From an uncultured Planctomycetia bacterium (lineage in GTDB: Bacteria; Omnitrophota; Gorgyraeia; Tantalellales; Tantalellaceae), in contig CAYQUS010000008.1 of NCBI GenBank assembly GCA_964421015.1, positions 1,932-65,931 on the forward strand: 64,000 bases of DNA. The letters are read 5' to 3'. The translations under genes were made by a program, and so were the position numbers. The notes below the pieces were generated by a model. The model did no database searches and was not told where the DNA came from. It was given only the letters and a program-made list of their open reading frames with translations. This document shows positions 1 to 9,414 of this stretch, piece by piece (the stretch's first letter is position 1; each line of letters begins with the position of its first letter).

Positions 1-1
1 G

Positions 2-415
2 AGAGAAAGGACCTATTATGACGAGGACGGCTGCAGGGAATTACGCGAAACATATAACGGTATCGGGGAGAAAACCTCCGAGGCGCGTTATGACAAGAGC
101 GGGAAGCTTAAGACCGGCCCGGACGGATGGGCCTGCATGATGTGGAAATACAATGACGGCAAAATGACGGGGGAAGGTTATTACGGAGCCGACGGAAAAC
201 TTATCGAGTACAAGAGGTACAATTCCGAGGGCGATCTTATCGATAAAAAATATTTTGGAGGACGCGATCCCGATCCCAGCGAAGAGTATGAGACAATACC
301 CACCATAGCGGGGGAAAGCGTGGAATATTACGACGAGTACGGAAGGGAAGAGGGAAGAACCAGTCTGACTTATGATGAGCCTTTTTTCCCGTATTATTTT
401 ATCTATGACGATTGA
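2..415 (+). CDS. MORN-repeat (YwqK-like) protein, 5'-truncated by window edge
   Basis: The frame stays open from nt 2 to the stop at 415. The protein shows repeating YxxG/DG/KxGE units (YNDGKMTGEGYYGADGKLIEYKRYNSEGDLIDKKYFG) typical of MORN/YwqK repeats. The ATG at 137 is internal. Confidence 0.5.
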   Translation, partial: RERTYYDEDGCRELRETYNGIGEKTSEARYDKSGKLKTGPDGWACMMWKYNDGKMTGEGYYGADGKLIEYKRYNSEGDLIDKKYFGGRDPDPSEEYETIPTIAGESVEYYDEYGREEGRTSLTYDEPFFPYYFIYDD

Positions 416-433
416 GTTTTCGCCGGAGAGTTA

Positions 434-661
434 TTAACTCCAGGAACCCAGGATCTTTCTCGCGGCCCATTTTATGAATACCCAGGTAAGCCGCAGCGCG
501 GCAGAAAGGAAATAGAAAACCGCTCCTATGATGGGGCCGTAAAATACAGCGTCCTCTCTTTTTAAGGTGGTAGAGAGAGCCAGCACCATGAATATCGCCG
601 AGAAGAGAAATAAAAGGAATACCTCTTCGGCCGCGAATTGTAAAGGAGTTTTATGCTTCAT
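434..661 (-). CDS. small hypothetical membrane protein (2 predicted TM)
   Basis: A 75 aa ORF with two hydrophobic helices. It sits in the convergent gap after the MORN gene. I recognise no similarity. Confidence 0.3.
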   Translation of the reverse strand: MKHKTPLQFAAEEVFLLFLFSAIFMVLALSTTLKREDAVFYGPIIGAVFYFLSAALRLTWVFIKWAARKILGSWS

Positions 662-780
662 GAGGGTATATTACCACACAAGAAAGAGGATTTGGCGATA
701 AATAACTCGGTTTCGGTGTCGGTCCCGCCACGCCGAACTTTTATTTTGATTAAAGCGTGCAACGGTATTAGAATGTCCGT

Positions 781-2340
781 ATGAAAACGCTTACGTTCAA
801 GACCCGCGTGGCCCTGGTTTTTTTCGCGGCCTATTCTGTCCTGTCCCTTTACCTGATATTTTTTTTCTATCAGAGGACAATTATATTCCAGAAGGAACAG
901 CTCCGAAACAGGCTTATGCAGGTTTCCGCCCTGGCGGCCCTGTCCCTTGATACAAATGTCCTTGAGGCCATAACACCCGAGGGAACCTCCGCCGGCACAG
1001 AGGAATGCGCCGGTCTTTCGGCCAGGCTGCGTAAGGCAAAGGAAGATATGCCAGACGTGGCCGATCTTTACGTGCTTGTTTCCACCGAAAAACCCGGAAT
1101 AATGAGATTTATTGCCAACGCCGACCCCGCTGAGCCTGTCGAATGCGGCGAGGAGTTCGACATAACACCTTATCCTGAAATGTCAAAAGCTTTTAATGGA
1201 CCGGCCGCTGACCGGGAAATAACCCGGGATAAATGGGGATACTGGATCTCGGGGTACGCGCCGATCGAGAACGCGGGGGGCAAGGTTATCGGGATAGTGG
1301 GAGCTGATATTTCCGCAGTGACCGTGACGCTCATGAGAAAAGACATAAAAAAAGCAGCTGTGTCGGTATTTGTCGTAGGCATATTGCTGTCAGTCGCGGC
1401 AGGCAGGCTGGCTTCATGGTGGCTCACTAAACCTATGGTGAGACTCATGGACGGGATGAATGACATTTGTTCCGGAAATCTCGATCGCCGGATACCTGTC
1501 CTATCGGACGACGAGTTCGGCAAGCTTTCCCGTAATTTTAACGATATGGCGGGAAAGCTCAAAAAGTATATACAGGACCTGACCGAAACAACAAAGGAAA
1601 AGGAGAGGCTCAACAGGGAACTGGAGATAGCCTCAGAGCTGCAAAAGGCGATGCTGCCCCGCTACACTGTGGAAGTTGAGGGCGTAGACATAGCCGGGAT
1701 AAGCCTGCCGGCAAAGACAGTTGGAGGCGATTATTTCGATTACATAAACAGCGAAGGAAATAACATAGGGTTTGTCATAGCGGATGCCGCCGGTAAAGGG
1801 CTGCACGGGTCTATTTTTATGACCACATCCAAAAGCATCTTTAAGGTGATGACAACAGGAGAGACTTCCCCCGCCAGAGTTATGGCCAGGACAAACGACC
1901 AGGTTATAAGTAATATAGACCCTGTCTCCGCCATGTTCATAACCATGTTTTACGGCATATACGACGTTAACGGGATGACGTTCAAATATTCCAACGCCGG
2001 GCACAATCCGCCTGTTTTTATGGACGGGAGCACCGGGGATATAAAACTTCTGGGGTCACACGGATATCCCATAGGCATATGCGAAAAACAGGAATACGGT
2101 GAAGATACCATAGGCATAAAAAAGGGAGACGCGGTCATCCTCTACACAGACGGTGTGGTAGAGGCTATGAATACAAGAGGAGAGATGTTCGGCCTCGAGA
2201 TGCTCAAGAAGGCCTGCCTTGATTCCCGGGGACTTAGTTCACAGGAAAGGCTGGATATGATAAAAAGCAGGGTTTTCGAGTTTTGCGGTTCCGCCGATCA
2301 GTTTGACGATCTTACGCTCCTGGTGTTCCAGGCGGTTTAA
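781..2340 (+). CDS. sensor serine phosphatase: TM + extracytoplasmic sensor + HAMP + PP2C/SpoIIE (RsbU-like)
   Basis: There is an N-terminal TM helix, a ~150 aa periplasmic-like region, a second TM and a HAMP-like linker. A PPM/SpoIIE phosphatase core follows, with the GGDYFDY motif and AGKGLHGS / DGVVEA / DDLTLL motifs. Confidence 0.8.
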   Translation: MKTLTFKTRVALVFFAAYSVLSLYLIFFFYQRTIIFQKEQLRNRLMQVSALAALSLDTNVLEAITPEGTSAGTEECAGLSARLRKAKEDMPDVADLYVLVSTEKPGIMRFIANADPAEPVECGEEFDITPYPEMSKAFNGPAADREITRDKWGYWISGYAPIENAGGKVIGIVGADISAVTVTLMRKDIKKAAVSVFVVGILLSVAAGRLASWWLTKPMVRLMDGMNDICSGNLDRRIPVLSDDEFGKLSRNFNDMAGKLKKYIQDLTETTKEKERLNRELEIASELQKAMLPRYTVEVEGVDIAGISLPAKTVGGDYFDYINSEGNNIGFVIADAAGKGLHGSIFMTTSKSIFKVMTTGETSPARVMARTNDQVISNIDPVSAMFITMFYGIYDVNGMTFKYSNAGHNPPVFMDGSTGDIKLLGSHGYPIGICEKQEYGEDTIGIKKGDAVILYTDGVVEAMNTRGEMFGLEMLKKACLDSRGLSSQERLDMIKSRVFEFCGSADQFDDLTLLVFQAV

Positions 2341-2389
2341 ATGTGAGGGTTGCATAGGTTATCGGGTAATCAAAAAGAGGAGACTTCAA

Positions 2390-3709
2390 ATGTTCAGAAA
2401 AATGTCGGATTTTTTAAAGAACGATATATGGCGTATCAGGCTGGACAGAATGTCGAGAAGAAGGTCCATGCTCATAAAGCACCTGAGGATAGTGCTTCTT
2501 TCCATAAGGGGTTTCAATGAGGACGAGTGTCAGCTGAAAGCCTCTGCGCTCACGTTCTTCTCGCTGCTTTCCATAGTTCCCGTGGTAGCCATGGCTTTCG
2601 GCATAGCCAAAGGTTTCGGGTTCGAGCAGATGCTTGAGTCGCTGCTTGTGGAAAAACTACCCGGACAGGAAGAGGTAATAGGCCAGGTGATAGCTTTTGC
2701 CCACTCACTTCTCCAGAACACTAAAGGAGGGCTCATAGCGGGGATAGGAGTAGCGATACTTTTCTGGACGGTGATAAAGGTGCTGGGTAACGTTGAGAGT
2801 TCTTTTGACAGCATATGGGGAGTAAAGGAAGAGCGTTCCATGGGAAGAAAATTCAGCGATTATCTTTCGATGATGTTCATCTGCCCGGTGCTTTTTGTGG
2901 TGGCCAGCAGCATAACGGTATTCATAAAGACACAGGTCACTCTTGTCACCGAAAAAATGGCTTTTTTGGAAGTTATAGGTCCCGTTATTTTTACTTCCCT
3001 CAAAATACTTCCCTTTGGTGTTATGTGGGCGCTTTTTACTTTCGTGTATATATTCATGCCAAATACCAAAGTTAAGTTCACTTCGGGCCTTTTTGCCGGG
3101 ATAGCCGCCGGAACCATCTATCAGATAGTTCAGTGGGGGTACTTAACTTTTCAGATAGGAGCGGCAAAATATAACGCCATATACGGGAGTTTCGCGGCCC
3201 TTCCTCTTTTTCTTGTCTGGCTTCAGCTTAGCTGGATAGTCGTGCTTTTCGGAGCCGAGATATCTTTCGCGCATCAGAATGTAGATACGTACGAGTTCGA
3301 GCCGGATTGCCTTAACGTCAGTAACGCTTTTAAAAAACTGTTCGCTCTAAGAATAACCGAACTTTTGGTCAAGAATTTCAGCGAAGGCGGAAGCCCCCTT
3401 ACCGACAGCGAGATAGCAAAAAGAACGGACGGCCCCATACGCCTTGTCCGGCAGATACTTTTCGAGCTCATGGAGGCGAAAATAGTTTCCGAAGTGAATA
3501 CGTCTCAATATAAACAGGGAGCGTACCAGCCGGCAAGGGACATAGGAAAGCTGCACATAAAGGATATCGTGGATTCGCTGGATAAAAGGGGCACGGAGAA
3601 CGTGCCTATAGACGATTCCAAAGAGACAAAAAAGATCATCGAAAGCCTTAGGGCAATAGACCTGGCGGTCGAGAAGATGCCGGCCAACTTAGCTCTCAGG
3701 GATATCTGA
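2390..3709 (+). CDS. YihY/BrkB (virulence factor BrkB / RNase BN-like) family membrane protein with C-terminal winged-helix-like extension
   Basis: FFSLLSIVPVVAMAFGIAKGFG and LFGAEISFA are YihY hallmarks. The six-frame ORF begins at 2303 and overlaps the upstream gene. The ATG at 2390 has an AAGAGGAG RBS 7 nt upstream. Confidence 0.8.
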   Translation: MFRKMSDFLKNDIWRIRLDRMSRRRSMLIKHLRIVLLSIRGFNEDECQLKASALTFFSLLSIVPVVAMAFGIAKGFGFEQMLESLLVEKLPGQEEVIGQVIAFAHSLLQNTKGGLIAGIGVAILFWTVIKVLGNVESSFDSIWGVKEERSMGRKFSDYLSMMFICPVLFVVASSITVFIKTQVTLVTEKMAFLEVIGPVIFTSLKILPFGVMWALFTFVYIFMPNTKVKFTSGLFAGIAAGTIYQIVQWGYLTFQIGAAKYNAIYGSFAALPLFLVWLQLSWIVVLFGAEISFAHQNVDTYEFEPDCLNVSNAFKKLFALRITELLVKNFSEGGSPLTDSEIAKRTDGPIRLVRQILFELMEAKIVSEVNTSQYKQGAYQPARDIGKLHIKDIVDSLDKRGTENVPIDDSKETKKIIESLRAIDLAVEKMPANLALRDI

Positions 3710-3740
3710 CACATATCGGAATTTTTACAAAGAGGCTTTC

Positions 3741-4895
3741 TTGGAAAAAAAAAGGTATTTATTGTATTTTTCGGTTCTTTTCCTGGCGTTTTTTGCGGGG
3801 GGCTTATTTTTCGCGGGGAACCTGGTCTCAATCGCGGCAAAGAATAAGCTGGAAAATTTCTTTAAGGGAAGCGTGGTCCATATAGGGTCATGCGAGGTGA
3901 GTCCTTTAAGCGCCATAACTATCCGAGACCTTAAGGTCAAGAGGAAAGACATCTACTACATAACGGTTGAAGAGGCCGTGGTAGAGTACAGTGTGGGCGG
4001 TATTGCCAGAGGAAGGCTTAACAAAGCCCGTCTCGCGGGAATCGATATCCGGGTCAACGCGCCGAAGGTAAAAACCGCGAAACTAACTGAGCTTATTGAG
4101 ATCTCCGGTGGGGGCAGGATCGCTCTTCGTACGGCCGAGGCTTCAGATGTCAAGCTGAAGGTAAAAACCGCGGAGGCCGATATAGAAGCAACGGGAGCAG
4201 TTTCTTTTTCTCCCATGGAAGGAACTTTTAACACCGTGGATGTTGTCTTAAATAAGGCGGAGATAATGGGAGCGGTGTTCAGTGATGTCCGGATAAAGGG
4301 GGATAATCTTTCCGGCGGAGGAGAAGGCGAGGTTTCGGCGGAGAGCGTAAAATACAATAAGGTGGAATTGAAAGCCGTCAAGGGTATCCTGAGGGCAGAC
4401 GGAAATGAAGCCGGCGCGGGTGACTTTAGTTCGAAACTTTTTGACGGGGCGGCGGAGGGAACTTTGGATTTCCGGATGTTAGGAGACTGGGATTTTTCGG
4501 CTCAGGTGGGTTTTGTCGGAATTGATCTTGAGGCTGTAGTAAGGGACCTTGAATTGGAAGAGAAATTTCAGCTTACGGGGAGGCTGTCCGGAGGCTTATC
4601 CATAAAAGGCAAGGGGTTTAGGCTTACAGACGTCAAAGGCGAGCTTGAGGCAGTGCCCGGCGGAGGAGTCCTTGTTATAAAGGACGACAGTTTCCTTGAA
4701 AGAATTTCGGGGCAATCCGGACAGGCTATGGATATAGCGGCCGAGAGCCTTAAAAATTATGTTTATAGAACGGGTAAGGCTGAAGTTTCGCTAGAGGACG
4801 AAGATCTGATCCTCGGAGTGGATATGGAAGGCGACTCCGGGAAACGAGTTTTTGACATAGTTTTGCATGATATAATACAGGTAAAAGGGAGGTAA
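3741..4895 (+). CDS. hypothetical membrane-anchored protein, possible YdbH-like (AsmA-superfamily) partner of YnbE/YdbL
   Basis: An N-terminal TM anchor is followed by a soluble domain rich in beta strands. The assignment rests on synteny: it lies directly upstream of a YnbE-YdbL lipoprotein, as in E. coli ydbH-ynbE-ydbL. At 384 aa it is much shorter than E. coli YdbH. Confidence 0.35.
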   Translation: MEKKRYLLYFSVLFLAFFAGGLFFAGNLVSIAAKNKLENFFKGSVVHIGSCEVSPLSAITIRDLKVKRKDIYYITVEEAVVEYSVGGIARGRLNKARLAGIDIRVNAPKVKTAKLTELIEISGGGRIALRTAEASDVKLKVKTAEADIEATGAVSFSPMEGTFNTVDVVLNKAEIMGAVFSDVRIKGDNLSGGGEGEVSAESVKYNKVELKAVKGILRADGNEAGAGDFSSKLFDGAAEGTLDFRMLGDWDFSAQVGFVGIDLEAVVRDLELEEKFQLTGRLSGGLSIKGKGFRLTDVKGELEAVPGGGVLVIKDDSFLERISGQSGQAMDIAAESLKNYVYRTGKAEVSLEDEDLILGVDMEGDSGKRVFDIVLHDIIQVKGR

Positions 4896-4897
4896 AA

Positions 4898-5455
4898 ATG
4901 AGAAAGGTTGTTTTGTTGGCGGGGTTAACTTTACTGTTCATGGCCGGATGCGTTGGCGTTGAGGTCAAGGCGCCCAAAGAGCCTATCAAGGTCGACATAA
5001 CTATGAGGCTTGACGTTTATCAGCATGTTCAGCAGGATATAGATTCCATAGAAAGCATAGTCACGGGTTCCGATAAGCTGGGGCCGGCGGTTTCCCAGCA
5101 GAGTTTTCTTGACCGCCTGGTGCCCACGGCTCACGCGCAAACCATCGATCCCGAGGTGGAAAAGGCGGCGTTAAGAAGAAAAGCCAGGTACGAGAAGATA
5201 GTTTCTCTGGAAAAACAGGGTATTCTTGGGGAAAATCTTTCGGGGTTAGTTGTGGCGCGCAAAGTAACCGACCCGTCAGCCGCAGCTATCGCCGATGAAG
5301 AGAACAGTGACCGGATGGCGATATATCGGGGTATAGCGAAAAAGAACGGGACATCGGTGGAGAGTGTCCAGAAGCTTTACGCCGAGAGGCTTCAATTGGA
5401 CGCCCCGGCCGGAACCCCGCTTGAGAAGAGCCCGGGTAACTGGCAGATAAAATAG
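4898..5455 (+). CDS. lipoprotein: YnbE-like N-terminus fused to YdbL (DUF1318) domain
   Basis: A signal peptide with lipobox (LLFMAGC) is followed by CVGVEVKAPKEPIKVDITM, matching the YnbE pattern C..IEVAAPKEPI.I.M. The C-terminal part (ALRRKARYEKIVSLEKQGILGEN..., AIADEENSDRMAIYRGIAKKNGTSVESVQKLYAERLQ) is a textbook DUF1318/YdbL. Confidence 0.75.
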   Translation: MRKVVLLAGLTLLFMAGCVGVEVKAPKEPIKVDITMRLDVYQHVQQDIDSIESIVTGSDKLGPAVSQQSFLDRLVPTAHAQTIDPEVEKAALRRKARYEKIVSLEKQGILGENLSGLVVARKVTDPSAAAIADEENSDRMAIYRGIAKKNGTSVESVQKLYAERLQLDAPAGTPLEKSPGNWQIK

Positions 5456-5529
5456 GGAAGATATCGTGGGCCGAGATCGGAAAAAGTTTAGGGCAGACAT
5501 TCTAACAGACATTTTGTCGATGGAGTTTT

Positions 5530-5940
5530 ATGTATGATCTTATAGAACGTCTGAAAGATAATAATCTCAAAGTTACTCCTAAAAGAAGAGAGATACTGAA
5601 TTTGCTTTCCGGGACGGGAAAAGCATATTCCCCCGAAGAGATCAGGGACAGGCTATCTTTGAAATTTAAAAAAGTGAGTTACCCCTCGGTGTACAGAAAT
5701 CTTGAAGAGATGAGGGAGCTCGGCATGCTTGCCAGGATAGTAAAGCCTGACAGAAGATTGTATTACGCTTTATGCCGGGCAAAAGGCAAAGAGCATCACC
5801 ACCATATAGTGTGCACAAAATGCGGGAAGGTGGGAGAGATAATGTGGTGCGGCCTCTCGAATAAGAAGATCATGGAAGGGTACGAGGTCACGGGACACTT
5901 TTTACAGGTGGAAGGGGTTTGTCCTTCCTGCAGAGAGTAA
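5530..5940 (+). CDS. Fur-family metalloregulator (Fur/Zur/PerR type)
   Basis: A winged-helix N-terminus precedes a His-rich stretch, HHHHIVCTKCGKVGEI...CPSCRE, with two CxxC pairs forming the structural zinc site. Confidence 0.85.
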   Translation: MYDLIERLKDNNLKVTPKRREILNLLSGTGKAYSPEEIRDRLSLKFKKVSYPSVYRNLEEMRELGMLARIVKPDRRLYYALCRAKGKEHHHHIVCTKCGKVGEIMWCGLSNKKIMEGYEVTGHFLQVEGVCPSCRE

Positions 5941-5991
5941 ATTTTTTTAGGTTAAAAACAGAAACCGTTTCTATTTAAAAAAGGAGAGGAA

Positions 5992-7200
5992 ATGACGATC
6001 AAGGTCACGTCGGCGTTAATGTGCTTTTTGGTGTTTTGCTCTTCCGGGTTTGCGTCAGAAAGCGATATGCAGAAACAGATAGATATGTTGAGAGAGGAGA
6101 TGCGCCAGATGTCTGCGGTCTACGAAAAGCGTATACGCGAACTGGAAGAGAAGGTAGCTTCCGGGAATGAGGATAAGGCCGTTGAGGAAGCAGAACATGA
6201 AAAGCACCGGCACGTAGAAAAAACCGGGCATATCGATGAGGGCGGAATGCACAAACACCAGCACGGTATTCTTGGCGACAAGGTGAACATCATAGGCGGT
6301 GTTGACTCAAGGTATATGAGAGTTGACGGAGAGAAGAACACACTTTTTCTGCATGAGGCCAAAGTAGGCGCCCAGGCAGACATCGCGGAATGGCTTTCAG
6401 GATATGTTACTTTTACGAAACATCACGGAGAGGATGTCCATATAGAAGAAGCTTATGCCCTTCTGCGTTCCGAAGAACTGGGTGTTTCTCTGAAACCGGG
6501 GAAATTTTTCATGGATTTCGGGCCGGAAAATACAGCTCACTTTTTTAACAGAAGAACGATAACTTTTTCTTCCATGCACGAGGGCATTTTCGGCAGTGAA
6601 TCCTGGGCTGACACGGGAGTCCAGTTTGGGTGGGACGTACCCGTTGATTTTTCTTCGCACCTGGCAGTATCGCTCGTCGACGGAGATAATGCCAGTACTT
6701 TCGGGGACGGAGAGAATGAAGTTTCCAACAATAACATGCCCGTAGCCGCCAATTGGGTTAACGCCTTTGACACGGAGTACGGTTTTTTCAGGCTGGGGAA
6801 TTCCATGGCGTATGGTCAGTGGGACATGGACGACAAACATAATGTTTATCTTTTGGGAACTGACGCATACTACCGGATAGGGAACTTTGACGCGCAGTGC
6901 GAGGTCATATACAGGTGGAAGGATCTGCCCGATAGCCGGGAAGAGGACTCTTACGGGTATTATGCCTGGGGAGCCTACACGGTTCCGGTGGGGTTCAAAT
7001 ACCTTAAGGGAATAGAGTTTCTGGCCGGATTCGGGCAATTCATCCCCGATCTCGGCGACAGGGAAACGAAAGTTACGCCTCAAATAAGTTTTCTTTTAAA
7101 TGATTTCGCTAAGTTAAGGGCGACGTATGAGGTACGGGAACAGTATCCTAAAGACAACAACGATAACAGGTTTATAACACAGTTCGCTCTGGAATTTTAG
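5992..7200 (+). CDS. outer-membrane beta-barrel protein with N-terminal coiled-coil and His-rich (metal-binding) segment
   Basis: It has a signal peptide. Residues ~60-95 contain the His-rich stretch EAEHEKHRHVEKTGHIDEGGMHKHQHG. The rest shows alternating-hydrophobic beta-strand character and ends in the C-terminal ...LEF, a Phe OMP signature. Confidence 0.55.
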   Translation: MTIKVTSALMCFLVFCSSGFASESDMQKQIDMLREEMRQMSAVYEKRIRELEEKVASGNEDKAVEEAEHEKHRHVEKTGHIDEGGMHKHQHGILGDKVNIIGGVDSRYMRVDGEKNTLFLHEAKVGAQADIAEWLSGYVTFTKHHGEDVHIEEAYALLRSEELGVSLKPGKFFMDFGPENTAHFFNRRTITFSSMHEGIFGSESWADTGVQFGWDVPVDFSSHLAVSLVDGDNASTFGDGENEVSNNNMPVAANWVNAFDTEYGFFRLGNSMAYGQWDMDDKHNVYLLGTDAYYRIGNFDAQCEVIYRWKDLPDSREEDSYGYYAWGAYTVPVGFKYLKGIEFLAGFGQFIPDLGDRETKVTPQISFLLNDFAKLRATYEVREQYPKDNNDNRFITQFALEF

Positions 7201-7298
7201 GGTTACACACTGAGTTTGACAAAAACTTTGGATAGGTGTACTCTAGAAATTACTAAGGTAGGCAGACGGTGACAAATCCGTAAAAAATGGAGGTAGTT

Positions 7299-7808
7299 AT
7301 GAAAAAGGTTTTAGTTTTACTGGCGGTTTTCGGAGTAGCTTTCACTACGGTCGCTTTTGCGGGCGGAAAGTATGGCGGGAAAAAAGAGATGGATCTTGAC
7401 GAGAAGTTTTACATGGTATCTTCAATCGCGGTAAAGAACGCCGAAGAGCTCGGGCTTAGCGAGGAACAGAAAGAGGCCGTGAAAGAGAACAAGTACGCGC
7501 TTAAAAAAGACCTTGTCCGCAAGAAAGCCGAGATAGAACTTATGTGCATAGATATTTCCAGCGAACTTTGGAAAGATACGGTAAACGCGGAAGCGGTTAA
7601 CGCGCTTGTTGACAGGAAATACCAGCTTAAGGCCGAAAAGAAAAAAGCCATAGTTAACGCGTACGCGGGCCTTATGAACAGCCTATCTAAAGAACAGAAA
7701 GACAGCATTAAGTCTTTATGCGGGATGGAACGCGCCATGAAGTGCCGGTGCGGGTGCCAGGCTCAGGGATGTAAGGCGGAAAGCCCCAAGCCTGAGAAGA
7801 AAAAATAG
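7299..7808 (+). CDS. periplasmic Spy/CpxP/ZraP-family protein with Cys-rich C-terminal tail
   Basis: It has a signal peptide and two LTxxQ-like motifs (LSEEQKEAVKE, LSKEQKDSIKS). The tail reads CGMERAMKCRCGCQAQGCKAE. A GGAGG RBS precedes the ATG at 7299; the upstream ATG at 7287 has no RBS. Confidence 0.65.
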   Translation: MKKVLVLLAVFGVAFTTVAFAGGKYGGKKEMDLDEKFYMVSSIAVKNAEELGLSEEQKEAVKENKYALKKDLVRKKAEIELMCIDISSELWKDTVNAEAVNALVDRKYQLKAEKKKAIVNAYAGLMNSLSKEQKDSIKSLCGMERAMKCRCGCQAQGCKAESPKPEKKK

Positions 7809-7836
7809 GGAACTGTTTTATACTGATCTCAATTAA

Positions 7837-7865
7837 GGGCGGAACCGGGAGTTCCGCCCTTTTTA
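7837..7865 (+). terminator. rho-independent terminator
   Basis: GGGCGGAAC-cggga-GTTCCGCCC followed by TTTTT. Confidence 0.8.
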
Positions 7866-7935
7866 CTTAAGATATCGAATTAAAAATACGATTGAGAGAG
7901 GCAACGAAAATTGCTATACTTGAACCGAGGTAGAC

Positions 7936-8628
7936 ATGCCCAGGATAAAACAGCTTATAGTAATGTCGGTAAGGGCGCTTTTCCCGGTGGCTGTTCTTAT
8001 AATAATGGTCCAGTTCACCCCGCTTGGTGTTTCTTCCGAAATCTTTAAACGATTTCTATCGGGAACTTTTATGGCCGCTTCCGGTCTGGTACTTTTTTTC
8101 GCGGGAGCGCACCTGGGGCTCCTGCCGCTCGGGGAATATTTTGGTTCCGTCCTCGCGAGGACGGGGAAATTATGGCTTGTTCTGACCTTCGCCGTTGTAA
8201 TAGGGTACGCCATTACCGTAGCTGAGCCGTCGGTCAGGGTGCTTGCCGGTCACGCCGAGGCGGCCTCCGGCGGAGAAGTCTCAAAAAGTATTCTGGTACA
8301 CACTATAGGGCTGGGGGTGGCTTTTTTCATGGGTCTGGCGGTTTTAAGGGTCATACGCGGAACCAGTCTCAAACTCATATTAAGCGCCGGATACGCCATA
8401 GTGTTTGCCCTGACACTTTTCGCTGGTGATAATTTTATTCCGGTCTCCTATGATGCCGGAGGAGTGACCACCGGGACAGTTACCGTGCCTTTCGTGCTGG
8501 CTCTTGGGATGGGTATGGCGTTCACTCTCAGGGGTAAGGACGCCTCAAGTGAAAGTTTCGGAATGGTAGGCCTGGCGTCGATAGGGCCTATAATGGCGAT
8601 GTTGATACTCGGCATGCTGGCAAAATAA
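7936..8628 (+). CDS. DUF1538-family integral membrane protein (paralog 1)
   Basis: A polytopic membrane protein, paralogous to the next gene. Shared motifs include GEYFGSVLA / GRALGEAF, AEPSVRVLA / AEPAVRVL, and YDAGGVTTGTVTVPF / FDSGGVASGPMTATF. Confidence 0.6.
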   Translation: MPRIKQLIVMSVRALFPVAVLIIMVQFTPLGVSSEIFKRFLSGTFMAASGLVLFFAGAHLGLLPLGEYFGSVLARTGKLWLVLTFAVVIGYAITVAEPSVRVLAGHAEAASGGEVSKSILVHTIGLGVAFFMGLAVLRVIRGTSLKLILSAGYAIVFALTLFAGDNFIPVSYDAGGVTTGTVTVPFVLALGMGMAFTLRGKDASSESFGMVGLASIGPIMAMLILGMLAK

Positions 8629-8642
8629 GGGATCATACTTAA

Positions 8643-9401
8643 ATGATGACGGGTTTTCCGACCATTGTGATGGAAGTGATATCGGCTCTTTTCCCTCTGG
8701 GCGCGCTTTTTATTATTTCCAATATTTTCCTCAAGAAACTTTCACGGCGGCGGGTAGTGGAGGTTTCGGCCGGTTTTATTCTCATCCTGCTGGGGCTTTC
8801 TTTGTTCCTCCAGGGTGTGTATTCGGGTTTTCTTCCTATGGGCAGAGCCCTGGGAGAGGCCTTTGCCGCCTGGCCGCATAAGTGGGTTCTTGTGCCTTTC
8901 GGGTTTGTTCTGGGTTTCGCCGGAACAATGGCCGAGCCCGCGGTCCGGGTGCTGAACTATCAGGTCGAAAAAATAACTTCGGGATATATTCCCCAGAAGA
9001 TAATGCTTTTCACCCTTTCCACCGGGGTGGGTGTGTCTGTAAGCCTGGCCATGCTCAGGATATTGACGGGTCTTCCTCTGAGAAACATCGTCATTGCCGG
9101 TTACGCGGCGGTTTTTGTGCTTATGGTGTTTTCTAAACGTTCTTTCGTGGCCATAGCTTTTGATTCCGGAGGGGTTGCGTCGGGTCCTATGACAGCGACT
9201 TTTATAACGGCTATGGCCATAGGCGCGGCCTCTGGGATAGAAGGCCGAGATCCGCTTATATACGGCCTGGGGCTTGTAGCCTTAGTGGCCCTTCTGCCCA
9301 TAATAACGGTGCTGGCGCTGGGGCTTTTGTACGATCTTCAGGAACGCAGGATAAAAAGAAGAGAGACGGCGGGAAGAATAATCATATCCGATGAAAGATA
9401 A
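8643..9401 (+). CDS. DUF1538-family integral membrane protein (paralog 2)
   Basis: A tandem paralog of 7936-8628 with the same motif order. Confidence 0.6.
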   Translation: MMTGFPTIVMEVISALFPLGALFIISNIFLKKLSRRRVVEVSAGFILILLGLSLFLQGVYSGFLPMGRALGEAFAAWPHKWVLVPFGFVLGFAGTMAEPAVRVLNYQVEKITSGYIPQKIMLFTLSTGVGVSVSLAMLRILTGLPLRNIVIAGYAAVFVLMVFSKRSFVAIAFDSGGVASGPMTATFITAMAIGAASGIEGRDPLIYGLGLVALVALLPIITVLALGLLYDLQERRIKRRETAGRIIISDER

Positions 9402-9414
9402 CTCAGGAGGATCT

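Noticed and set aside
2303-2389. Extended N-terminus of YihY ORF overlapping the phosphatase gene
   Set aside because: It has no RBS and would overlap the upstream CDS by 38 nt. The ATG at 2390 has AAGAGGAG and matches the YihY family length.
6397-7083. 228-aa minus-strand ORF
   Set aside because: It is antisense within the His-rich OMP gene. The sense strand has a signal peptide, RBS and C-terminal Phe.
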